Shown in pieces: positions 9,047 through 17,409 of a stretch of 32,000 nucleotides of DNA. The first letter of the stretch is position 1, and the number at the start of each line of letters is the position of its first letter. Made by a program: the position numbers and the translations under genes. Source of the stretch: an archaeon (GTDB lineage: Archaea > Asgardarchaeota > Thorarchaeia > Thorarchaeales > Thorarchaeaceae). Below the pieces are notes generated by a model, which was not told where the DNA came from, did not search any database, and was given only the letters and a program-made list of their open reading frames with translations. Location: contig JAJRZD010000005.1 in the NCBI GenBank assembly GCA_024275415.1, positions 30,295 through 62,294 on the forward strand, given 5' to 3'.

Positions 9047-9952
9047 ATGGTCGCGACGAAAGATATGCCATTAAAAGAGTACGTGTTGAAAGGCAATGCA
9101 GCCTGTGCAGGCTGTCAAGACATGGTCGCATTACGACATGCACACAAGGCCCTTGAGGGTGATGTCATTCAGGTTGTCCCTGCTTGCTGCACAAGTGTTG
9201 TTCAATCTCTTTGGCCAAAATCAGGACTTGGAATCCCCGTGCTCAACACTGCATTCATGGCTGCTGCTGCAACTGCGTCCGGTGTTCGAGCAGCGTTGAA
9301 GGCGAAAGGTCGAGACCACACAACAGTCATGGTCTGGGCTGGGGATGGAGGAACCTTTGATATTGGTCTTCAGGCTCTTAGCGGGGCTTTTGAACGAAGA
9401 ACCGATTTCCTTTATGTTTGCTACAACAATCAGGTCTACAGCAATACGGGAACGCAGCGTTCTGGAGCAACACCCCTTCATGCAGCCACAACTACTACTT
9501 GGTTTGGCAAGACCGAGCCTGAGAAGATGCTTGACCTGATAGTAGCAGCTCACGAACCAGCATATCAGGCAACAGCCAACACCTCTTATCCACGAGACCT
9601 GTATGATAAGGTCAAGAGGGCCAAGGAAATTGAAGGCCCAAAGTTCCTTCATATTTTCCTACCGTGTCCACAGGCTTGGAACTATCCCGTGGAGAAGGGT
9701 GTCGAGATTGGGAAGCTCGCAGTTGAAACCGGCTACTGGATCCAGTGGGAACGCATCGGTGACGAGTTCAAGCTGGGTCGGGAGAGCAAGAGGTTCCAAG
9801 ACCCCGAGAAACGCAAACCAATTGAGGAGTTCCTCAAGTTACAGGGCAGATTCTCTCATCTCTTCAAACCGACAAAGGATGAGAAGAAGATACAGGAACT
9901 TCAGGATTACGTCCAACATCGTTGGGATGTAATTATGAGGACCTTCACATAG
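9047..9952 (+). CDS. porB: 2-oxoacid:ferredoxin oxidoreductase beta subunit (TPP-binding)
   Basis: ACAGC, CCTSV, the TPP motif GDGGTFDIGLQALSG...YNN..YSNTG.QRS..TP, and PCP. The ATG at 9047 follows AGGAGTGA. Confidence 0.93.
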   Translation: MVATKDMPLKEYVLKGNAACAGCQDMVALRHAHKALEGDVIQVVPACCTSVVQSLWPKSGLGIPVLNTAFMAAAATASGVRAALKAKGRDHTTVMVWAGDGGTFDIGLQALSGAFERRTDFLYVCYNNQVYSNTGTQRSGATPLHAATTTTWFGKTEPEKMLDLIVAAHEPAYQATANTSYPRDLYDKVKRAKEIEGPKFLHIFLPCPQAWNYPVEKGVEIGKLAVETGYWIQWERIGDEFKLGRESKRFQDPEKRKPIEEFLKLQGRFSHLFKPTKDEKKIQELQDYVQHRWDVIMRTFT

Positions 9953-10094
9953 GACAACAGGAATGGGCGACACGTTCGCCCTCTCAACTTATTTCCCCGA
10001 ATTTCCATCAAAACGACTCTATTTCCCCATCTTTTGTAGGCTTAACACATAATGGTCAACCTAAAAAGGGGGTAGGTATTGATATTCGTTACCG

Positions 10095-11363
10095 ATGCCG
10101 ATCACAGACTTTCCAGTAGTGCTTCAGATCAAAGACCCGCTGCATGGTTATATTGGTGTTTCAGAGATTGAGAAGAAGATCATTGACCTGCGACTAACAC
10201 AAAGGCTCCGAAATATCCGTTCTCCTGCAGGAACACATCTTGTATTCCCTGGTGTTGACACCTCGGTGATGGGACGAATGTTTGGTGTCATGTACGTGAC
10301 TGAGGTCTTTGTGGAGCATCTTGACGGCTCGCTTGAGGAAGTGGAGAAAGCTCGGCTTGCATCAATGATGTTCATCTTGTCATTTGGCCCTTGGTCTAAT
10401 GTGATGGAGGAATACCTGACCACGCGAGGTGATGACAGACGGCGGATGGCAACTCTCATTGCAGAAATAGGTCCTGTTGCCGACATCCTCAATGATAGCA
10501 GTTATTCTGTTACAGAGATAAAGAACCTTATCACAAAAGGAGTACCGATAAAGGGAATCAGAGTAGACCTTCTTACCACCCCTATCAATCCCGAGCTGGT
10601 CGACAACCTCGAACGCGATGCCTATTTTGCAGGCGTTGAATACGCGCAACTTGAGTTCCGTCGCCTCTTCGATGCGACAAGGATCGCAAAGAACAAGATG
10701 GCATTCCAGAGGGGCGCAATGTACACTCTGGACTCGTACTTGAGCGCTAGTGGTAACATGTTTGATGCGGTGTATTATCACAAGACTGCCCGTGCTGCAG
10801 AATTGATGTTGTTGAGGATGCTAGATGAGGCTGGCTCCAATTTCATCCCATTCCCCGGAAATGACCTAGAGGGTTTCATGTTTTGTGATGACCTGACATC
10901 ACACGACATCCTACTCTCGGTACAACCAGAAGACCCGGAGAACATGCGGACTGCCCAACGTCTATTCATCGACTACAGAAAACGAAACCTGATAAAGCTT
11001 GCAAGTGCTAGGACTATCGCAAATGAGGAGTTCTTAGCGGGATTGAAGACAGCAGACGGGCTATTCTCTGTGGAGAACGAGATAGCAGAGATGGCGGGCA
11101 TAGACCCTCAGAACGTCTTCATTGACTACCCTGACCGTCTTTCTGTCGCGTACTATCCGGGCAGGCATAACATGGACGATTTGGTGTTTTATGAACGTGG
11201 GTCGGGAGGATACGAGTTCTGGCCAGTTGATGATCTAAGCGAGATGGCCCGCGCATTCAAACGAAAACTGAAGACCATCAGAGTCTATACGACTCGTGGA
11301 TATCGCAGCAAGGTTCGGAAAGTTGCGGACGAGTTTCTAAAGAATGTTGATGAGCCCATGTAG
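10095..11363 (+). CDS. HD-superfamily dNTP-triphosphohydrolase-like (SAMHD1-type) protein with degenerate active site
   Basis: Scaffold motifs IKDPLHGYI, QRLR.I, LVFPG, GPWS, LERDAYF.GV and VYYHKTARAAELML are present, but the His-Asp dyad reads FI (LASMMFILSFGPWSN). Confidence 0.85.
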   Translation: MPITDFPVVLQIKDPLHGYIGVSEIEKKIIDLRLTQRLRNIRSPAGTHLVFPGVDTSVMGRMFGVMYVTEVFVEHLDGSLEEVEKARLASMMFILSFGPWSNVMEEYLTTRGDDRRRMATLIAEIGPVADILNDSSYSVTEIKNLITKGVPIKGIRVDLLTTPINPELVDNLERDAYFAGVEYAQLEFRRLFDATRIAKNKMAFQRGAMYTLDSYLSASGNMFDAVYYHKTARAAELMLLRMLDEAGSNFIPFPGNDLEGFMFCDDLTSHDILLSVQPEDPENMRTAQRLFIDYRKRNLIKLASARTIANEEFLAGLKTADGLFSVENEIAEMAGIDPQNVFIDYPDRLSVAYYPGRHNMDDLVFYERGSGGYEFWPVDDLSEMARAFKRKLKTIRVYTTRGYRSKVRKVADEFLKNVDEPM

Positions 11364-11432
11364 ACACATTGATTTCTCAGAGCCACAGAGTCTTTAAGCA
11401 ATGTTTTGTTACCTCGAAGTGAGGTAAGTGCG

Positions 11433-11888
11433 TTGGGAATTGATTCAACAGTTGGACAGATTCAGAGAGACCCGAATTTCGGGATGATTCTTATTGGTGC
11501 ATTGCTATGGCTTGCAGGGTTATATCCTATACCTCTCGTGGCACCATTCCTCTTGACAATTGGCTTTGGCGTTGTTTGTACATCAGCCGCCATTACATCC
11601 TTGCAGCGCCCTACCGAGAATGCAGCCTTTGGATTGCTCCTCGGAGGTATTATTCAGGTCATAGGATACTATCTTCTTTACATCCCCCTTATCGGATGGC
11701 TCATCGCTCCGTTTCCCATAGTCCTTGGGAGTGTTCTCATCATCTATTTCGCTATCCCCTTGGCGATTAAGACAGGGAAAGTCCCGTTCGTCGAGGAGAT
11801 ACAAAAGAAGATACGAAAAGATAAGGATGGAATCGAGCCTGTTTCTGATTCAGAAGATACATCCGACCAAGACAATCCTAGTTCGTGA
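11433..11888 (+). CDS. Small integral membrane protein (about 4 TM), unknown function
   Basis: Four hydrophobic segments and a charged C-tail. The TTG at 11433 has GAGGT 7 nt upstream; the ORF track starts at 11406. Confidence 0.75.
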   Translation: MGIDSTVGQIQRDPNFGMILIGALLWLAGLYPIPLVAPFLLTIGFGVVCTSAAITSLQRPTENAAFGLLLGGIIQVIGYYLLYIPLIGWLIAPFPIVLGSVLIIYFAIPLAIKTGKVPFVEEIQKKIRKDKDGIEPVSDSEDTSDQDNPSS

Positions 11889-11975
11889 TCCGTTCGACCA
11901 CCTCATACCCACATTCGCCGAACTTTCATAAGGCTCCTATCATACTCACTGGTGTAAATCAATAGGTGATGATCA

Positions 11976-14252
11976 TTGTTCTCTTGTGGCAAATGTGGGC
12001 TCCCCCTGTTCATCCGTTCAGCATCTCTAAAAGATATGATCCTCAATCTGGATGTGCAGTGTCTGCAGGGACACAAGGGTGTACGCCGAATTGCAGAGCA
12101 CCAAGTGGAGGAAGTTGCCCAAGAGATCTTTCGACGGCTCTACACTTGCATCGATTGTGGGTCTAACATGATGATGGTGGGAACTGAAACGCACAAGGGG
12201 TCGACCGAGGGGCTTTTCATCTGTCCAAACCATGGAGCGGAACGGAGAGAGTTCCCTGCACAATTCCTCGGTCATGTCACTCTTGCTGGCTCAGAGGTCA
12301 ACCCTAACACTTCCATCCGAAACTCGTTCAGATGTGATGAGTGCGGTCTAATCTATTCCATCACGGACATCCAAGAGAAAGGAGGCATTCTTGAAGCATC
12401 CGTCAAGTGCGCGAATGGACACAAGGACACGAAATACCTAGCGCCTCACATGGATGAAGGGCTATTGAAATCAATATTGCAACGCATCGCCCACTGCGAC
12501 AGATGTGGACTCCCAGGACACCTTTCTGGAGTCGAAGAGCGCAAGAGAAACAGTCGGTTGCATGTGGTCTGCCCCACTCATGGTGTGACAAAGAAACAGG
12601 TTCCAACCGAGTTCATTGGGAAGATACAGGAATCTGTTGCTGAGATACCTGAAGATGCAGTGATCAGGGCCATGCTGACCTCTTCCAAATGTGAGCGACC
12701 ACTGGTGATACGCGAGATCGAGGAGGCACCAAATGGTTACAAGTTCAAGACCCTCTGTCCAGGCCATGGCAATACAGGTGATTTCGTGACACCTGTGGAC
12801 TGGAGGGAACGGAATCGCAGGCTCATCACACAGTCCACATTGTCATGCAACGAGTGTGGCTTGCAGACCCAGATACTGGACGCTCGCAAGAAAAAGAAAG
12901 GGACTCAGTTCAGAGTAGTCTGTCCTACTCACGGAGTTATGTTAAGGAATGCACCACACGATGTGTACAGCATCATTGAGGAAACCTCTCATCATCTCGA
13001 CAAGCTTCCGTCGCTGATACGGAGTTTGACCTGTGAGAAATGTGGCATCCCGTTGAGCCTCCGTGATGTCGAAACGAAGCGAGGGATTGTCGAATTCGAC
13101 ATGGACTGTCGAAATGGGCATAAGACAAAGCGTTTTCTTGCCCCTGATATCAATCAGGCCACACTTGTCGGACTCTACAAGAATCTCTACAAATGTCCTG
13201 AATGTTATGATCCTGTAGATCTGGTCTATACAAAACCCGAAGGACGTGAAACCCGAGTGGTGCTTCTCTGTCCTCTTCACGGGAAGCAGGTATTGGATGT
13301 CCCGGATGATCACGCTGAAGCAATGCAGCTTGCCTATGATGAGATAAAGGCGGATCGCCTGAAGCCGCGGATAGAAGCCGTTCATGAGGAACCAGAAGCG
13401 GAGTTAGAGTCATCATCGGAATCTTTGGAGTCCTCATCCAAGGAAGTGCATATAGCACGAGGCTGTGAAGTGGTTGGTGGGAAGTTCGATTTCAAGGTGA
13501 AAGTGACCAACACTACTGGTTTTGTTATCACGAACGTGACAGTGAGTATCGTTGCCTATCCACAGGACTGCATGGAACTGGGTGGTGAGAGTTCCAAGAC
13601 AATCTCGAGGATTGAAGTAGGCGGATTTCGCAGTCCGCTTTTCACATTCTATCCCACTAAAGATTGCGTCCAGGGGAAGGTAGTTGCTACCGTTTCCTAT
13701 ATCGATTTCAGAGATCAGCTTCATACGTTGCAGGTCGAACCTTATCTGATACGCTCTGTCTGTGACCTGTTGAAACCGACCAAAGCCACCTCTCAACAGT
13801 TCGACCTCATCCTTGGAAACCTGACCAAGGCTGGTGAGGAACAGATACTAGAGTGGAACCCTCGGATACTCTTCACCAAGGCCGAGAAGCTGCTTCCCGT
13901 AAAGAATTTCCATATTATCGATACGGACGAGAAGGTTCTCTCTGGTCACTTTATTGGAACCATTCGTGGGTTCGCTGAGGGGAAATACACAGGCAAGAAG
14001 GTTGCGGTCATATTCCTCATCTCTGGCCCCGAGAACGGACGTACAGCCACAGTCAAGATGGAGGCACTGGGTGAGGACATCGCGATGCTTCCGACAACCA
14101 TTGACGAACTCTCAGAAACAATTGACTCGTGGATTTGCCTGCGATGTGGAGCCCCGTTGGATCCGGAGCAGGTCGAGGATCTAGGATTGCGAAAACCAAT
14201 CCGGTGCAAGTATTGTTCTCATACTCTGACTTTGGGATTATATCTCATGTGA
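11976..14252 (+). CDS. Multi-zinc-ribbon repeat protein (eight CxxC...Cxx(G)H units) with a C-terminal beta-sandwich/alpha-beta module and a terminal C4 zinc ribbon
   Basis: 758-aa ORF with a strong AGGTGAT RBS 5 nt before the TTG. Repeat units are visible in the translation, and CLRCG...CKYCS lies at the C-terminus. Confidence 0.88.
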   Translation: MFSCGKCGLPLFIRSASLKDMILNLDVQCLQGHKGVRRIAEHQVEEVAQEIFRRLYTCIDCGSNMMMVGTETHKGSTEGLFICPNHGAERREFPAQFLGHVTLAGSEVNPNTSIRNSFRCDECGLIYSITDIQEKGGILEASVKCANGHKDTKYLAPHMDEGLLKSILQRIAHCDRCGLPGHLSGVEERKRNSRLHVVCPTHGVTKKQVPTEFIGKIQESVAEIPEDAVIRAMLTSSKCERPLVIREIEEAPNGYKFKTLCPGHGNTGDFVTPVDWRERNRRLITQSTLSCNECGLQTQILDARKKKKGTQFRVVCPTHGVMLRNAPHDVYSIIEETSHHLDKLPSLIRSLTCEKCGIPLSLRDVETKRGIVEFDMDCRNGHKTKRFLAPDINQATLVGLYKNLYKCPECYDPVDLVYTKPEGRETRVVLLCPLHGKQVLDVPDDHAEAMQLAYDEIKADRLKPRIEAVHEEPEAELESSSESLESSSKEVHIARGCEVVGGKFDFKVKVTNTTGFVITNVTVSIVAYPQDCMELGGESSKTISRIEVGGFRSPLFTFYPTKDCVQGKVVATVSYIDFRDQLHTLQVEPYLIRSVCDLLKPTKATSQQFDLILGNLTKAGEEQILEWNPRILFTKAEKLLPVKNFHIIDTDEKVLSGHFIGTIRGFAEGKYTGKKVAVIFLISGPENGRTATVKMEALGEDIAMLPTTIDELSETIDSWICLRCGAPLDPEQVEDLGLRKPIRCKYCSHTLTLGLYLM

Positions 14253-14258
14253 TTTGCA

Positions 14259-14822
14259 TTATTCCTTCCAAGTCACATTGGTTCTCTCACGAGCATGGAG
14301 ATGTGTGAGCACTCTATCAATTAATCCATCAATCAGTCCTTCAATCGTAGTAGGCTTGTGCCAGAATGCAGGTGATGCAGGGAACACTGTCGCTCCTGCT
14401 GCCGTGACGACTTCCATATTCTTGATGTGAATAAGATTCATCGGTGTTTCTCGCACAAGAAGCACCAGCGGTTTCTTTTCTTTCAGGCTACAATCAGCCG
14501 CTCTGGAAATCAGGTTGTCTGCATAGCCGTTAGCGATTCCTGCCAAGGTCTTCATCGAACATGGTGCAATGATCATCGAATCAAGATGAAAGCTACCGCT
14601 TGCAGGGCCCGCAGCCAAGTCGTCCTCGTCATATGTGACATCTACCTTCATTGCCAAGTCCTCAGATGTCATCCCTACCTCATGCTCAAGGGTCTTCTTT
14701 CCCCATTTGCTTATGATAAGGTGAACTTCGTGGCCGAGATCCTTTAACATGTTGATGGTTCTCACACCATAGATTGCCCCGCTTGCGCCAGTGAGGCATA
14801 CCAGTATTCTCTTTGCACTCAT
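14259..14822 (-). CDS. ubiX: Flavin prenyltransferase UbiX
   Basis: RILVCLTGASGAIYG, ASGSF, IAPCSMKTLA.IA.G.ADNLI.RAAD..LKE...LVL.VRETP, and PASPAFWHKP. Confidence 0.96.
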   Translation of the reverse strand: MSAKRILVCLTGASGAIYGVRTINMLKDLGHEVHLIISKWGKKTLEHEVGMTSEDLAMKVDVTYDEDDLAAGPASGSFHLDSMIIAPCSMKTLAGIANGYADNLISRAADCSLKEKKPLVLLVRETPMNLIHIKNMEVVTAAGATVFPASPAFWHKPTTIEGLIDGLIDRVLTHLHARERTNVTWKE

Positions 14823-14891
14823 GTGATTGCACGCTCTTGTGACTCAAACGTCCTTGTTCAGAACTGTTATGTTCTTTCCGGAAGGCTCTCA

Positions 14892-16733
14892 TCATGCTAG
14901 AATGCTTAGTACAAGATATGCGATGAATGCCAATCCCCCTGCGATGATTCCTGTCCTCTTCGCAATCTTTGCAGCTTCTGCGACATCCTGTGTCAGCACA
15001 TCGAATCCTTTCTCTCCAAATGTTCTGATCCCCTTTGCTTCGCCGAATGCCAGACCGACCTCGCATTGTGTGAGGTTCTCTTCAGCTCTTGATGTCGCTT
15101 GCTTGATTGACTCTAATATCTCATCGGGCTTGTATTGTCCCACTGGAGGGTATCCCTTGCTTGATAGGGAAATGGCATTTACGACATGCGTATCGGTAGT
15201 AGTCACTTCAGCTGTATCGAAACCCATTGACAGAAGGGTTTCCTGAATTCTTTCCCTATATCCTGGCTCGACATTGTTTCCGTCTATGGACACTAGTGCA
15301 TTCCTTACACTGTTGACTTCTAAGATGATTACCGTTATGCCTCCAGGCCCCATCCCTTCCTTTGAGGCGATGTAATCAGGGACGATCTGATGGACTCCTA
15401 TCGCCACTTTCCCTCTCGGATTTCCGAAATTGGATGCTATCGCATCTTTGACTGCCTCGATGTAAGACTCCTCATCAGGATCGCCTGACATAAGGGATAC
15501 CGCGTCGTGGTCAATGCAGTTATGTGCGTCTGACAGCGCGACATAGCGTATTCCTGGGGCACTTTCCCGAGCTGTTTCAGCTGCTGCCCTTCCTACCTCA
15601 AGCGATATGTCGTCGGTGAACTCTGGGGCACTTGTTGTGATTGCCAGTACATCCTCTCCTACAAAGAATGTCCATACCTTGAATTTCCCATGGTCTGACC
15701 AATGAAGCCCAGATGCTATCTCATGGACTTCAGCACTGCCAATGAGATTATCGATTTCATCGAAAACAATCCGATAGTCCTCCTTGTTCGTCAGGTTCTG
15801 GTGATGTGTGCAGCTACCATGCAGGATAAACGCCTGAACACCATATTTCGTCTTGATGTGCCGGATGATCTCTGAAGGAAGTCCGCTACTACCTATGTCC
15901 CTGAATGGTCCAGGGTGCACATAAAGAATCACCCCAACGCTGATGAGAGTTTCACCTGACCTGAACACGATAAGTTCCATTGGCACATCTTGTACGACAC
16001 TTATCTCCGTGAGTAGGGTTTCCAAGGGTTCTGGATTCTCGACAAGATAGTCATACCCGAATGCCCGTAACAATGCGGGTCCATTTATGCCCAAGTCTCG
16101 TTCAAATGGCATGCTTACTGATTTGAATATGTGATGGACTGCAATCCCACCGATTACTATTACCACGACAAAGATGATGACCCAGTAATCAGAGAGCGTC
16201 AATATCATCACGCCCATTGAGGAGAGTGTGCTGATTATAATGGTCCAGACTAATGCGGGCATCATCGCAGCAACAAGATTCCGCACAGGGTGATAGTCAC
16301 TCAACCCAGTGACGAGGAATGCAAAGGCAAGATATCCTAGCCCCATCCCAAGAGTCCAGAATTTGACTTCAATATTGGTGGCGAGAATGAAATCAATGAT
16401 GCCTCCTAATGTGCCCAAGGAATACCAGAAGATGATGCCGAACTGAACAGACCCCAATGTCCTTCTTGCATCGAGAGGAGACCCTTCTTTTCTGACCAAA
16501 GCATAGAGAATGCCTGACCCTAAGAATGTGGTCACAATCAGCACAACCACATAATAGAAGAATGTTAAGAGTGATTGGCCGGATCCATTCACGATGAATT
16601 CCAATATTGCTAATATCGATGATGACACCAACGCCATCGCGACCATTCGAATGATGATGCCTCTATAGGTCGGCAGTTGCCAGACCTTGGAATATAGCTT
16701 GACCGTTTCTTTTACTTTGGCTTGCTCGCCCAT
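14892..16733 (-). CDS. DUF2070-family archaeal membrane protein
   Basis: N-terminal multi-TM region followed by a soluble domain with VHPGPFRDIGSS.LP, HGSCTH, DAHN, DGNN and TTDTHVVN, plus a C-terminal TM. The ATG at 16733 follows GAGAGGG. Confidence 0.85.
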   Translation of the reverse strand: MGEQAKVKETVKLYSKVWQLPTYRGIIIRMVAMALVSSSILAILEFIVNGSGQSLLTFFYYVVVLIVTTFLGSGILYALVRKEGSPLDARRTLGSVQFGIIFWYSLGTLGGIIDFILATNIEVKFWTLGMGLGYLAFAFLVTGLSDYHPVRNLVAAMMPALVWTIIISTLSSMGVMILTLSDYWVIIFVVVIVIGGIAVHHIFKSVSMPFERDLGINGPALLRAFGYDYLVENPEPLETLLTEISVVQDVPMELIVFRSGETLISVGVILYVHPGPFRDIGSSGLPSEIIRHIKTKYGVQAFILHGSCTHHQNLTNKEDYRIVFDEIDNLIGSAEVHEIASGLHWSDHGKFKVWTFFVGEDVLAITTSAPEFTDDISLEVGRAAAETARESAPGIRYVALSDAHNCIDHDAVSLMSGDPDEESYIEAVKDAIASNFGNPRGKVAIGVHQIVPDYIASKEGMGPGGITVIILEVNSVRNALVSIDGNNVEPGYRERIQETLLSMGFDTAEVTTTDTHVVNAISLSSKGYPPVGQYKPDEILESIKQATSRAEENLTQCEVGLAFGEAKGIRTFGEKGFDVLTQDVAEAAKIAKRTGIIAGGLAFIAYLVLSILA

Positions 16734-16812
16734 CGACAACCCTCTCGGATTGCCCTAGTCGGGCACCTGAATCTTATCAAACTTACCATCTGTAAGTCCC
16801 CTCACCAGAATA

Positions 16813-16843
16813 TTTATATCACATTCGATAATCGCATTCGATA
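16813..16843 (+). promoter_or_regulatory. TATA box with tandem palindromic operator-like sites upstream of padR
   Basis: TTTATAT at 16813-16819. TATC-N6-GATA at 16817-16830 and AATC-N6-GATA at 16830-16843; CATTCGATA repeats with a 13-bp period. Confidence 0.55.
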
Positions 16844-16866
16844 TTAGATGTCCATGAGCTGATATA

Positions 16867-17409
16867 ATGCCCTCTGACAAAGCCCCTCACGAAGAATGTC
16901 CCGATATGCGGATGCCTCATTCCATGCCTAGAGGGTTCCTTCGGTTGGTTCTCCTTGGACTACTAAAGGGGCGAGAGTTGTCAGGGATGGACATTATGAG
17001 AATTCTTGCAGAACGTACAGATGGTATATGGCAGCCCAGCCCGGGTTCGATCTATCCATTGCTTGCGTCCTTGGAAGATAATGGGGCGATTGAAGTGGCA
17101 AGGACAGAAGGTCGCTCAAAGATATACCGGCTGTCAAAGCAAGGTTTGGGACAACTACGTGCTGCTTTCAAGAAGAAGGGAGCTCTGAGCGAGAAGGCCA
17201 ATATGGGGCCCAGGTTATGGGAGAAGCTCCTAGACCCCGTTGAAAGGGCCCGCTTCAATGTAATGGTTTTCACACACCATCTGAGCTCATTGGAAAGCAT
17301 CCTTGACCGACTTACCACTCGACAGAAGCAGAAGCTGTTGAGTCATCTGGAACAGATGTCGGATCACCTAACAACCATCATTGAACATCTTAAGAAGGAG
17401 AATCAATAG
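16867..17409 (+). CDS. PadR-family transcriptional regulator
   Basis: RGFLRLVLLGLL...SG..I...L......WQPSPGSIYPLLASLE..G.I......GRSK.Y.LS..G. It abuts the ABC genes. Confidence 0.95.
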   Translation: MPSDKAPHEECPDMRMPHSMPRGFLRLVLLGLLKGRELSGMDIMRILAERTDGIWQPSPGSIYPLLASLEDNGAIEVARTEGRSKIYRLSKQGLGQLRAAFKKKGALSEKANMGPRLWEKLLDPVERARFNVMVFTHHLSSLESILDRLTTRQKQKLLSHLEQMSDHLTTIIEHLKKENQ

